From an uncultured Gammaproteobacteria bacterium (GTDB taxonomy: Bacteria > Patescibacteriota > Microgenomatia > Daviesbacterales > UBA10151), in assembly GCA_964523905.1 (NCBI GenBank), contig CAZFYQ010000001.1:121739-185738 (forward strand): a DNA stretch of 64,000 nucleotides, in the 5' to 3' direction. The position numbers and the translations under genes were made by a program. The notes below the pieces were generated by a model, which was not told where the DNA came from, did not search any database, and saw only the letters and a program-made list of their open reading frames with translations. Every line of letters begins with the position of its first letter. Position 1 is the stretch's first letter. Shown here piece by piece: positions 9,779 to 18,600 of this stretch.

Positions 9779-11467
9779 ATGAACTCAATCTTTATACAAC
9801 TGGCCGTTATTTTAACCTTGATCTGCGCCCTGGGCTTTATTACCTATCGCTTAAAACTACCACTTTTGATAGCTTATGTCCTGGCCGGACTGTTCCTGGC
9901 AGCCATTGCCACTTTTGATATTAGTAAGTCTTATGTGTTTACTTTTTTGCCGGATATTGGCATTGCCTTTGTGCTTTTTTTAGTGGGAATGGAACTAGAT
10001 CTTCGTGAGCTAAAAAGCCTTGGTAAACAAATTATCACTGCTGGAATTTTACAAGTAATTATTTCAGCCACACTGGGCACTTTTATTGCCCAAAGTTTTG
10101 GTTTCCAAATTCCGGAGGCAATCTATTTAGGACTTGGTTTATCCTTTTCCTCAACTTTGGTAGTGGTTAAATTATTACTAGATCGTAAAGATCTCACTTC
10201 TTTGTATGGCAAGCTCTCAATCGGCGTATTATTACTAGAGGATTTATTGGCAGTACTAGTGCTATTGATTATGACTTCCGCAAATATTGCCAATTTTTCC
10301 ACCACCTCGATCCTACTACTACTGAAAATAATCACTTTATTTGGAGTGGCTGCCATTATCACTAAATATATTTTACCAACTGTTTTCAAAGCAGTGGCAT
10401 CATCTGGAGAATTATTATTACTGACTGCCTTGGCCTGGTGTTTTGGGTTTATTACTTTATCCGGCAGCTTAGGCTTTTCAGTGTTAATCGGCGCTTTTTT
10501 GGCAGGAGTTGCTTTGGCTTCTTCGCCATATCATTATCATATTGAGGGAAAAGTCACGCCAATGAGGGATTTTTTCCTGGCTCTTTTTTTTGTTTACTTA
10601 GGGACTAAGGTTAATTTTAACCAGATTGGAACTCTTTGGCCTTTAATCTTAATTTTTGCCTCATACGCGGTGTTAATTAAACCACTAATATTCCTGCTAT
10701 TGTTTGGCATTTTTGGTTTTAGAAAACATACCATGTTTAAAACAGCCTTAAATTTATCTCAAGTTTCTGAATTTTCTTTGATCATTATGCTAATTGGTTT
10801 TAACCTTAAAATTATCTCAGAAACAGCTTTGACAGTGGTGGCACTGTCATCAGTGATTTCTTTTATTGCTTCATCTTTAATGATTTCTCAGTCTAATAAG
10901 ATTTATAAATCTGTTTCTTCTATGATTACTTTTTTTGAAAGAAAAAAAACCACTGAAAAATCCCTTAATGAGGATTTGGAATTATCAGATCATACTGTGG
11001 TTATTGGGGCGCATCGGGTAGGAGGAGAAATCGTACGATTTCTAAAAAAGGAAAATCAGCCGCTGGTGGTGCTTGATTTTAATCCGGAACAGGTAGAAGC
11101 ATTGCTGGCTCAGGATATCCCAGTAATTTATGGGGACATGGGCGACCCAGAAGTACTTGATATCCTATCACTTGAGAGTGCCAGGTTGATTATTTCTACC
11201 TCACCTGATTTGACTGATAATAAAACCTTGCTGGAGGATTTAAAGCTTCGACATATTGCTGTGCCAACTATTGTCAGAGCAGAAACAGTTAGGGATGCAA
11301 AGTCTTTATATAAACGGGGAGCGGATTTTGTGGTGATTCCGGATATCTTAGCAGGTGAAGTATTATTGAATATTTTAAAAGATCATTTGCATGATAAGAG
11401 CTTTTTTAAGGATCGTCCGCGAATTGAGCTGGATAAATTATCGCATAAAATACTCGCTTGGAAGTAG
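9779..11467 (+). CDS. Kef-type monovalent cation:proton antiporter (CPA2) with a C-terminal TrkA-N/RCK domain
   Basis: A 12-TM exchanger core is followed by a Rossmann motif 'VIGAHRVGG' and the RCK domain. Confidence 0.75.
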   Translation: MNSIFIQLAVILTLICALGFITYRLKLPLLIAYVLAGLFLAAIATFDISKSYVFTFLPDIGIAFVLFLVGMELDLRELKSLGKQIITAGILQVIISATLGTFIAQSFGFQIPEAIYLGLGLSFSSTLVVVKLLLDRKDLTSLYGKLSIGVLLLEDLLAVLVLLIMTSANIANFSTTSILLLLKIITLFGVAAIITKYILPTVFKAVASSGELLLLTALAWCFGFITLSGSLGFSVLIGAFLAGVALASSPYHYHIEGKVTPMRDFFLALFFVYLGTKVNFNQIGTLWPLILIFASYAVLIKPLIFLLLFGIFGFRKHTMFKTALNLSQVSEFSLIIMLIGFNLKIISETALTVVALSSVISFIASSLMISQSNKIYKSVSSMITFFERKKTTEKSLNEDLELSDHTVVIGAHRVGGEIVRFLKKENQPLVVLDFNPEQVEALLAQDIPVIYGDMGDPEVLDILSLESARLIISTSPDLTDNKTLLEDLKLRHIAVPTIVRAETVRDAKSLYKRGADFVVIPDILAGEVLLNILKDHLHDKSFFKDRPRIELDKLSHKILAWK

Positions 11468-11470
11468 AAT

Positions 11471-11530
11471 TTTCCCTTGAAAAAAGGGTTATGGCGAGTT
11501 AACTCTAATTTCCATAACCCTTTAATCTAA
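11471..11530. terminator. Bidirectional rho-independent terminator between convergent genes
   Basis: Perfect 11-bp inverted repeat, AAGGGTTATGG (11484-11494) and CCATAACCCTT (11512-11522), with a 17-nt loop. A nested CCCTT/AAGGG mini-hairpin is present. Read on the minus strand, the stem is followed by TTTTTT. Confidence 0.5.
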
Positions 11531-11761
11531 TTAAACAGTTCCACCATTACCACCCATTTCCGGAGCAGGAGTAGTTGGTTGTTCAGCTGGTTGTTCTGTA
11601 GCTGGTTCTCCACCCATTTCTGGGGCTGGAGCACTTGGTTCAGCAGTAGGTTGTTCCCAACCACCGGCAGCTGGTGCTGGAGGAGTTTGAGCGTTAGGAT
11701 CAGCTACTGGTGCTTGTGCACCTGGATCATTTTGTTGATTGTCCATAATTGTTAAATTCAC
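11531..11761 (-). CDS. Small Pro/Ala/Glu-rich repeat protein (76 aa)
   Basis: Internal repeats '...APAPEMGGEPATEQPAEQPTTPAPEMGGNGG'. Low-complexity sequence, so this may not be a real gene. Confidence 0.25.
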   Translation of the reverse strand: MNLTIMDNQQNDPGAQAPVADPNAQTPPAPAAGGWEQPTAEPSAPAPEMGGEPATEQPAEQPTTPAPEMGGNGGTV

Positions 11762-11838
11762 CCCCTTTCTTAATATTTTTTTAGTGTAGCCTTAAAGCAC
11801 TTGCGCGGTCAAGGGGGAATTGTCTAAACTAATACTAT

Positions 11839-12849
11839 ATGCCCAAAAAAACTGGATGGAAAGCTCAACAGTCTCGTCAGCAAGTGGCCAGAAAAACAAA
11901 ACTTGCTTTAATTGCTTTGGCAGTTATTCTAGGTGTTATACTTTTAGCTCAGGCAGTTAGATTTACCCACAGTCTGTTTAGTCCTTGGAAACTGTCCAGC
12001 AGTAAGCAATTTCTATGGAATGATCAATATAATTTAAACTTTATAGTAAAGACTAAAGGTATTGCTTTGGTGTCATTTGATCCCTCACAAGACAAAATCA
12101 CCATTATTGATTTACCCGCCTCAACTTTTATCGATACAGCGCACGGGTTTGGTCAGTGGCAGTTAGGCTCGGTTTATGATTTAGGTCAAAGTAGCGCATT
12201 GTCCGGCAGTCGATTACTGGAACTTAGTTTAACCAATTTTTTTGGCTTACCAATTGAAGGAATGATGGATTTTTCCGGAAAACCAGCAGAACTTACCTCC
12301 CAAGGTATAGTTGATATGCTTAGAAAAAATCCCTTATCAGTTCTAGATTTACTGCCCAATGTTAAATCAGATTTTACACCGTTTGAATTACTACGCATTA
12401 AAATGGCCTTAGCCGGGGTCAGATACGACGGCATTAGTGAAATTGATCTCAGTCAAACCGGCGCGCTAGACATGTCAAAATTAGCAGATGGCACTACGGT
12501 ATATGTTGCTGATCCCCAAAAAATGGATTCTTTGCTAAGTGTATTAGCAGATCCTAAAATTAAAAATGAACATCAAACCATTGCAGTGTTTAATGCGACA
12601 GACCATTCGCAGCTGGGTAGTAAAGTCGCCCGTTTGATTAATAATTTAGGGGGTAATGTGATTATTGTGGCCAATTTTGATAGTAAAATCAAACAGACCA
12701 TCGTAACCGGCAATAAGTCACAAACCTTGGATCGATTGAAGCAAATCTTTGGCAAAAATGATAATATAGCTTTAACTTTGAATGATCAAATCCTAGCGCG
12801 GGCTCAAATCAATGTGTTTTTAGGGGAAGATTATTTTCAAAATCAATAA
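11839..12849 (+). CDS. LytR-CpsA-Psr (LCP) family cell-envelope phosphotransferase, N-terminally membrane-anchored
   Basis: N-terminal TM segment, then an LCP-like core with 'ITIIDLPASTFIDTAHGFGQWQLGSVYDLG'. Length 336 aa. Confidence 0.5.
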   Translation: MPKKTGWKAQQSRQQVARKTKLALIALAVILGVILLAQAVRFTHSLFSPWKLSSSKQFLWNDQYNLNFIVKTKGIALVSFDPSQDKITIIDLPASTFIDTAHGFGQWQLGSVYDLGQSSALSGSRLLELSLTNFFGLPIEGMMDFSGKPAELTSQGIVDMLRKNPLSVLDLLPNVKSDFTPFELLRIKMALAGVRYDGISEIDLSQTGALDMSKLADGTTVYVADPQKMDSLLSVLADPKIKNEHQTIAVFNATDHSQLGSKVARLINNLGGNVIIVANFDSKIKQTIVTGNKSQTLDRLKQIFGKNDNIALTLNDQILARAQINVFLGEDYFQNQ

Positions 12850-13515
12850 ATGATTGTTTGGCTGTTTATTTTTCTGGTGCTGGTAGCCATTTCCTATTTG
12901 TTGGCGCTTCGCTCAATGCGGGATTTTCAGGAGGTGCCGGGTGAAGACGAAAATTACAGTCTTTATTTAATCCGTCAACCGCAGGCCCTTACAGCAGACA
13001 CTTTAAACTTACTGTCTGATCATTTTTTAAAATCCAATCAGGTGATCAGTTTTGAAAGACTGTTTAAAGGTCATCAATCAGCTTTAGCTGTATTTGCCCC
13101 AACTAGAATCACTCAGGTATTAAAAAATCTGGATTTACTAGAACTGGAAGATTACAGTTTAACTTCGCATTTACACTTTTCTGCTTGGGAAATGGAATTA
13201 AAGCATAAAGGTCCGCCAAGTAAGATATTTGCCAATTTTCCGATCTTGTCTCCTACTGAGCAGTTATGGTGGCAAGTGGTGCTTTCTACTAGCTTTAAAC
13301 CCCAAATTCGGGCTGTTTTAGTGTCTTCCGATCATCATAAAAAAGAATCCATCAGTAAACTAATTGAAAAATCATCGGAGCATCATTTAACTCGGGTGCC
13401 CAAAGGATTTTCAAATCACCAGTTATTAAAATTTTACCAGCAACGCTCTTATCAAAACAGAAAAGGAAATTTAAGCTTAAGCATGGATGAAGCTTTGCAC
13501 TTGGTTAAACTCTAA
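12850..13515 (+). CDS. Hypothetical protein with an N-terminal TM anchor (221 aa)
   Basis: Start adjacent to the stop of the LCP gene. No motifs. Confidence 0.4.
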   Translation: MIVWLFIFLVLVAISYLLALRSMRDFQEVPGEDENYSLYLIRQPQALTADTLNLLSDHFLKSNQVISFERLFKGHQSALAVFAPTRITQVLKNLDLLELEDYSLTSHLHFSAWEMELKHKGPPSKIFANFPILSPTEQLWWQVVLSTSFKPQIRAVLVSSDHHKKESISKLIEKSSEHHLTRVPKGFSNHQLLKFYQQRSYQNRKGNLSLSMDEALHLVKL

Positions 13516-14240
13516 ACCACGGTTTCTTCTTCAGATTCATCCTGGTCATCAACCGCATCTTCACCAAGCGATGTAAAAATTTCGGTCGTTACAGAAACTT
13601 CGGAATTTTCCAGGAAAGAAGGTTGGTTTTTAAAGCGCTTACTGCGATAAACCTCTTTTATCAGTACTGCCAAGCCATTAACCTTAATGGATTTAATGTA
13701 AATTTCATATTTGTTACCGCCCTTAATTAGTTTTAATAAATGAAAGCTAATATCATCAGGAAGTACCCCCAAATAGTTTAAGTGCCCGTCAATAATGGTA
13801 ATTTTGTGATTTTTTACCACCATGCTAACTGGCATACCACAATAAGCTTGGGATAATTTCTGAGGTTCAGCCACTTTCAAAAGTGATACCACCTTAGTTT
13901 TGCCCGGTTCTTGTAAGAATAAAGAAGGGGACAAACGAATATGGTTGGTTAAAGGCACATGGTTTTCCCCGTTAGTAAATTTAAAAGCCTTAATAATCTT
14001 TAAGTTTTTAATGGCAATTGGATTATAAGGGTCCAGTTTTACCACTTGGCCATAATATTTCTTGGCTAGGTTACCTTTACCCATTTCCATATATACCCGG
14101 GCTTGTCTGTTTAAGGCATCAATATTAGCCGGGTCATCTTTGATAATTCTTTTATTGAGTTTTAATGCCTCTGGCCATTTGGCGTCTAGTGCTGCATCAA
14201 TTGCCTGTTGGGCTAAGTTAAAGGAAGGGGAGATATCCAT
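13512..14240 (-). CDS. TPR-repeat protein
   Basis: The N-terminal roughly 100 aa have a TPR-like pattern ('ALNRQARVYMEMGKGNLAKKYYGQVVKLDPYNPIAIKNL'). Confidence 0.45.
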   Translation of the reverse strand: MDISPSFNLAQQAIDAALDAKWPEALKLNKRIIKDDPANIDALNRQARVYMEMGKGNLAKKYYGQVVKLDPYNPIAIKNLKIIKAFKFTNGENHVPLTNHIRLSPSLFLQEPGKTKVVSLLKVAEPQKLSQAYCGMPVSMVVKNHKITIIDGHLNYLGVLPDDISFHLLKLIKGGNKYEIYIKSIKVNGLAVLIKEVYRSKRFKNQPSFLENSEVSVTTEIFTSLGEDAVDDQDESEEETVV

Positions 14241-14353
14241 CTAAGAAAGAGAGTATAGAGGTATGCCCAAGTACTTGTCAACCCGAATGAATATCGAAGT
14301 AGGCGACTTCCTCATATTGAAAATCTGATGTTTTTAAGTTACCATCTAACATC

Positions 14354-15115
14354 ATGTCAGGACATTCCAAGTGGTCAACTATTAAACGCGCCAAAGGGGC
14401 CAATGATGTTAAAAGGGGTTTAACTTTTACTAAGCTTGCTAACGCTATCACTATTGCTGCAAAAGTTGGTGGCTCAGGGGATCCTGATGCAAATCCTCGT
14501 CTTCGTATGGTAATGGAAGAGGCAAGATCTGTTAATATGCCCAAGGAAAATATGCAGCGGGCCATTGATCGGGGTCTGGGAAAATTACCGGGACAGATTT
14601 TGGAAGAAGTGGTTTACGAAGGGTTTGGTCCTGGTAAAGCCGCTTTTTATTTGGAAGGAGTTACGGACAATAAGTTAAGAACTCTGCAGGTTATAAAAAA
14701 TTTGTTTGATCGAGCAGGGGGTAACTTAGGTGGATCTGGTAGTACGGCCTATATGTTTTTACCAAAAGGAGAAATTAAGGTGGTGTCAAAAGGTGGCAAT
14801 AGTGAAGATGAGCAGCTGGAGTTAATTGATTTGGGGGCAGAGGATGTTGAGGAATATTTAGATGAAAACAAACGAATGTACTTAGTATATACACAAGGCT
14901 CAGAACTAAATACTATGGGTACAAAAATTACTCAGGCAGGATTTGTGGTGCAAGCGCAAAATTTCGTTATGAAACCAACTGTTTTACAGCAAATTACGGA
15001 TGGGGAAATAGCCAAAAAGGTGATTGAATTTACTGAAAAACTAGAGGAGATTGATGACATCCAAAAGATCTATAGTAACTTTGATATTAATGAGAGTTTG
15101 CTGGAAAATCTATGA
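14354..15115 (+). CDS. yebC: YebC/PmpR-family transcriptional regulator
   Basis: N-terminus 'MSGHSKWSTIKRAKGANDVKRG'. Conserved yebC-ruvC synteny. Confidence 0.85.
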   Translation: MSGHSKWSTIKRAKGANDVKRGLTFTKLANAITIAAKVGGSGDPDANPRLRMVMEEARSVNMPKENMQRAIDRGLGKLPGQILEEVVYEGFGPGKAAFYLEGVTDNKLRTLQVIKNLFDRAGGNLGGSGSTAYMFLPKGEIKVVSKGGNSEDEQLELIDLGAEDVEEYLDENKRMYLVYTQGSELNTMGTKITQAGFVVQAQNFVMKPTVLQQITDGEIAKKVIEFTEKLEEIDDIQKIYSNFDINESLLENL

Positions 15116-15645
15116 TAATACTTGGAATTGACCCGGGAACCGCTACCACCGGATATGGAATAATTAAAGTGCCGGATGATATTTTAGGCCGGGAATTCAA
15201 TTATGATATTGAACTAATTACCTATGGCAATATCAGTACTCCTAAAGATCGTTTAATGGAGGATCGGCTAGTGATGATTCACAGCGAGTTGACTTCAGTG
15301 ATAGAAAAGTACAAGCCAGAACAAATGGCCTGTGAGATGTTATTTTTTGGCGCCAATACCAGAACCGCAATTATGGTTGGTCAGGCCAGGGGAGTGATCA
15401 TGCTAACAGCCGCCCAGCATCATTTACCATTTACTGATTACTCAGGTTTATCTGTCAAATTAATGGTGGCAGGATCTGGTAGGGCAGATAAAAATCAAGT
15501 GCATGAAGGAGTTAGAAAATTTTTGGGAACACCTGGCAAAAGAAGAAATAAACTGAAAGTAACATGGAAAGGTGGCCACTTAGATGATGCCACTGATGCT
15601 CTGGCCATTGCCATTTGTCATGTCTTAAAACTGGCTGCCAAATAA
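15112..15645 (+). CDS. ruvC: Crossover junction endodeoxyribonuclease RuvC
   Basis: 'MIILGIDPGTATTGYGII' RNase-H-fold N-terminus. ATGA overlap with yebC. Confidence 0.85.
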   Translation: MIILGIDPGTATTGYGIIKVPDDILGREFNYDIELITYGNISTPKDRLMEDRLVMIHSELTSVIEKYKPEQMACEMLFFGANTRTAIMVGQARGVIMLTAAQHHLPFTDYSGLSVKLMVAGSGRADKNQVHEGVRKFLGTPGKRRNKLKVTWKGGHLDDATDALAIAICHVLKLAAK

Positions 15646-15646
15646 A

Positions 15647-16432
15647 ATGAATTTATTATTTCTCAATAAACGGCAAAAGATTATTATTACAGCAGCCATC
15701 TTGACCTTAGGTTTATTGTCTACACAACTTGTTGATTTTACCCTGCGCTTTAAGTTTATTGCTGGTTTATCAGTTCTGGCATATTTTTTGTCTTTGTGGG
15801 CTTTATGGGAAGGCATTAACTTTACCAAAGCCATTGTCTTATTAATTTTGCCAGTGTTTTTTACCGCCACAGTGGCCAGTTTCTATTTCTTATTGCCGGT
15901 GAGATGGCTAACTCGTTTGCCTGTAGCTTTGGCATTTGGTTTGATGTTTTATTTGTTGTTACTGGCGCAAAATGTTTTCAATGTAGCAGCCATGAGAACT
16001 ATTCCTTTGTTTAGAGCAGCCTCCACCGCTGCTTTTCTATTTACGCTTTTATCAGCCTTCTTTATTTATAATGTTATCTTTGCTTTTAACTTATTATTTA
16101 TCTGGAATGGGGTAGTGGTGTTTTTAATATCTTTTCCTTTAATCCTGCAAGTGCTTTGGTCAATTACCATGGAAGATCGAATTAGTGCGGAAGTTTTAAT
16201 CCAAAGTCTGGTATTAAGTTTTATGTTAGGGGAGTTGGCCATTGGTTTCTCCTTTTGGCCGATGAGAACTACTATTTGGTCCTTAGCACTGTCTTCTTCA
16301 ATGTATGTATCCTTGGGACTAGCTACCAATTTCCTGCGGGGTAAAGGCAATAGGAGAGTAGTGTGGGAATATCTGGGGATCGGGTTAGTGGTGCTGGTAG
16401 TTAGCTTTCTTACAACTTCCTGGGGCGGGTAG
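15647..16432 (+). CDS. Polytopic membrane protein of unknown function
   Basis: ORF of 261 aa that is almost entirely hydrophobic helices. Confidence 0.4.
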   Translation: MNLLFLNKRQKIIITAAILTLGLLSTQLVDFTLRFKFIAGLSVLAYFLSLWALWEGINFTKAIVLLILPVFFTATVASFYFLLPVRWLTRLPVALAFGLMFYLLLLAQNVFNVAAMRTIPLFRAASTAAFLFTLLSAFFIYNVIFAFNLLFIWNGVVVFLISFPLILQVLWSITMEDRISAEVLIQSLVLSFMLGELAIGFSFWPMRTTIWSLALSSSMYVSLGLATNFLRGKGNRRVVWEYLGIGLVVLVVSFLTTSWGG

Positions 16433-17280
16433 CGTGAAAAAAACTACAGGATATCGTGAAAAGAAACTGTGATGTAGTATGATATATTTGCTAGGCACGG
16501 ATGTGGAAAACTATAGGGCTTATTGTGCCTGCTTATAGCGCCCCTTGCATACTATTGCTAACTCGTTCGTGCGTAATGAGTAAATAATACCCGAAGGCCT
16601 CTTAGAGAAGAGAGGTGCCTATATCTATATTTTAGTGCGGACGAACTTTGAAGAATGAACCTAATTGCCGCATTATCAGGTACAAATCTATAGTAGCTCT
16701 CTATTCGTTAGTAGCTTCAAATTCCCTGTTATATTTCGATGTCGCACAATATAGATATTAAGATTTGCCGGAGAAGTGGTCTGGGGTCTATAAAACAGGA
16801 TAGGTAAAAATATGTAAAGAAAATAGATAGATTTTTAAGTGCCAAATTTAGCCTTAAAACTTGTTGTCGCCGACTAACATTAATAACCATAATTTTGTAG
16901 ATTTATTAAAATACCCATTGATAGGATTAGTTTGCCACAAAGCCCTAAACTACGGATGACTAACTAGTGCTCCTATCCCCTTAGCAGCCGTTTTTGAGGC
17001 ATTGTAGGGCCTCGTGCCTAAATAGGCTCAGAGTACCTAATAAGAGTATTTATATCAAAGAATCCTTTTAAAGTGGCGTAGTTACAAAGTATAAAAGCAT
17101 ATAGAAGATTTTATGTGCAACTCTACTTCATAAAATCTTCCCTAAGTAAGACTAGATCTAGTATTTAATGTCCGGGATTATTCTAGTCGAACGATGCTTT
17201 TTACTGTAACAAGCCACACTTGACAGATCCTTTTAGCCTTGGTATTATTCTTGTAATCAGCATTACACGAAGTAACCTTT
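16433..17280. other. ORF-free intergenic region of about 0.85 kb with no ORF of 60 aa or more on either strand. It extends to about 17352 if the recombinase starts at its internal Met.
   Basis: The six-frame track is empty here. GC content is similar to coding DNA. The region contains local hairpins (for example CCTCTtagagaagAGAGG around 16595-16620) and a 12-bp palindrome ACTAGATCTAGT (about 17150-17161). Confidence 0.6.
17218..17248 (+). promoter_or_regulatory. Sigma70-like promoter upstream of the tyrosine recombinase
   Basis: -35 TTGACA (17220-17225), exactly 17-nt spacer, -10 TATTAT (17243-17248). The promoter is preceded by the imperfect inverted repeat CTGTAACAAG ... CTTGACAG. Confidence 0.4.
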
Positions 17281-18294
17281 ATGCTCAACCCTGACCCGGA
17301 AAAATTAAAAAGTTCTACTACTCCTGTTAAGACTGCAGTGTTATTTTCTAACATGGATATGATTGATGACTTCTTTCTATTCCTTCAAACCAATAACTAT
17401 TCCCCCCAAACCCTTTATCATTATAAAAATGATTTAGCGATATTCGATAACTTTTTAAAATCCCGCAATTTAAAAATTAAAGACTTAGACAAACGCGCCA
17501 TCTTTGAATTTAAAGCCTACCTAACATCTGACAGCAGAGAAACTGCCACCACTCACCAAGAAGACGCCTTAAAATTGTCATCTGCCAGCATTAATCGTTG
17601 CCTTTCTGCAATCAGAGCTTATATCAGGTTTTTAATTGACCAAGACTATGCCACCCCAGTAACACCGGATCATTTTAAGATGGTTAAAAGGGAACATCCA
17701 CATCCCAATGTGGCCGAGCTAAATGAATTGATCTCTTTGATAGAATCTCCTAGCAAGTTGGAAGAAGAGCCTATAATTGCTGCACGCAATCGGGCGATTC
17801 TGGAACTGCTTTTTGCTACTGGAATGCGTATTAGTGAGTTGACCTCTATTAATAGAAGAGACTTAAATGAAGAGGGTAAGATCTTTATTACTGGAAAAGG
17901 CAGAAAACAAAGATTTGTTTATCTAACAGAGCGGGCTAAACAATATGTTGACCAATATCTAGAACTGAGAGACGATAATCAGCAAGCCTTATTTATTCCC
18001 ACTAAAACCAGAAGTAAAGATAAACTAAATTCGCGGCTCACTCCTCGCTATGTCCAAGAAAGATTAAAAACGTACCGTGAAAAATTAAGAATTAATTTAC
18101 CAACTACTCCCCATTCATTCCGCCATGGTTTTGCCACTTACCTTGCAGAAGAGGGTGCCTCCCCTGCTGCCATACAAATATTATTAGGTCACGAATCCTT
18201 AAATACCACTACTCGTTATGTTAACGCTAGTGATAGGTTTGCTCAGGAATCACACCGTAAATTTCATCCGCTATCCGGGGTTGACAAAGGATGA
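17281..18294 (+). CDS. Tyrosine site-specific recombinase, XerC/XerD-like (phage integrase family), predicted catalytically intact
   Basis: 'ARNRAILELLFATGMRISEL' (Arg I), 'TPHSFRHGFATYL' (H-x-x-R), 'LGHESLNTTTRYVNAS' (His and the Tyr nucleophile). The true start is probably the internal Met at about 17353 ('MDMIDDFFLFL'). Confidence 0.8.
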   Translation: MLNPDPEKLKSSTTPVKTAVLFSNMDMIDDFFLFLQTNNYSPQTLYHYKNDLAIFDNFLKSRNLKIKDLDKRAIFEFKAYLTSDSRETATTHQEDALKLSSASINRCLSAIRAYIRFLIDQDYATPVTPDHFKMVKREHPHPNVAELNELISLIESPSKLEEEPIIAARNRAILELLFATGMRISELTSINRRDLNEEGKIFITGKGRKQRFVYLTERAKQYVDQYLELRDDNQQALFIPTKTRSKDKLNSRLTPRYVQERLKTYREKLRINLPTTPHSFRHGFATYLAEEGASPAAIQILLGHESLNTTTRYVNASDRFAQESHRKFHPLSGVDKG

Positions 18295-18327
18295 ATTTAT
18301 GGTGCATTATGAAATAAATACTCATCA

Positions 18328-18597
18328 ATGAACGAGATCCTAAAGGATAAGAAAAACCTGATTAATATTTTAGTGCTGGCAGTCCTCATATTGGCTGTGC
18401 CAATTGGAATTGCGCTAATACAAAGACAGCAGACTTTAAGATCTCAAGCTGTGCAGGCAACGACCGTGACCTTTTCCGGCCCCAATGTTTCTGTAAATAA
18501 CGGCACCACTATTTTGAAATTACAGGATAATGGAAATGGTGGCTTGCAAGGCAAAGCTAACCTGGTAATTACAGCACCTAATCCCCCTGCACAATAA
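18328..18597 (+). CDS. Small membrane-anchored protein (89 aa) whose N-terminus resembles the leader region of the downstream giant protein
   Basis: TM helix followed by 'LIQRQQTLRSQA'. The giant protein has a TM helix followed by 'LAQTTQIFRPKA'. Confidence 0.35.
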   Translation: MNEILKDKKNLINILVLAVLILAVPIGIALIQRQQTLRSQAVQATTVTFSGPNVSVNNGTTILKLQDNGNGGLQGKANLVITAPNPPAQ

Positions 18598-18600
18598 TCT

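Noticed and set aside
2725-15870. Antisense or overlapping small ORFs in housekeeping genes (2725-2934, 3907-4152, 4470-5120, 6954-7163, 7560-7859, 10123-10389, 12186-12434, 12573-12755, 14062-14244, 14278-14565, 15625-15870)
   Set aside because: All are embedded in, or antisense to, well-supported genes with recognisable domains. They have no motifs and are Ser/Leu/Lys-rich translations of AT-rich DNA.
16433-17280. tRNA, tmRNA, RNase P RNA or SRP RNA in the ORF-free block
   Set aside because: I could not find a GTTCRANYC T-loop with matching acceptor stem. There is no CCACCA/tag-peptide frame, no 'AAAGTCCGG' P4 sequence and no 4.5S consensus. The region is left as unassigned noncoding.
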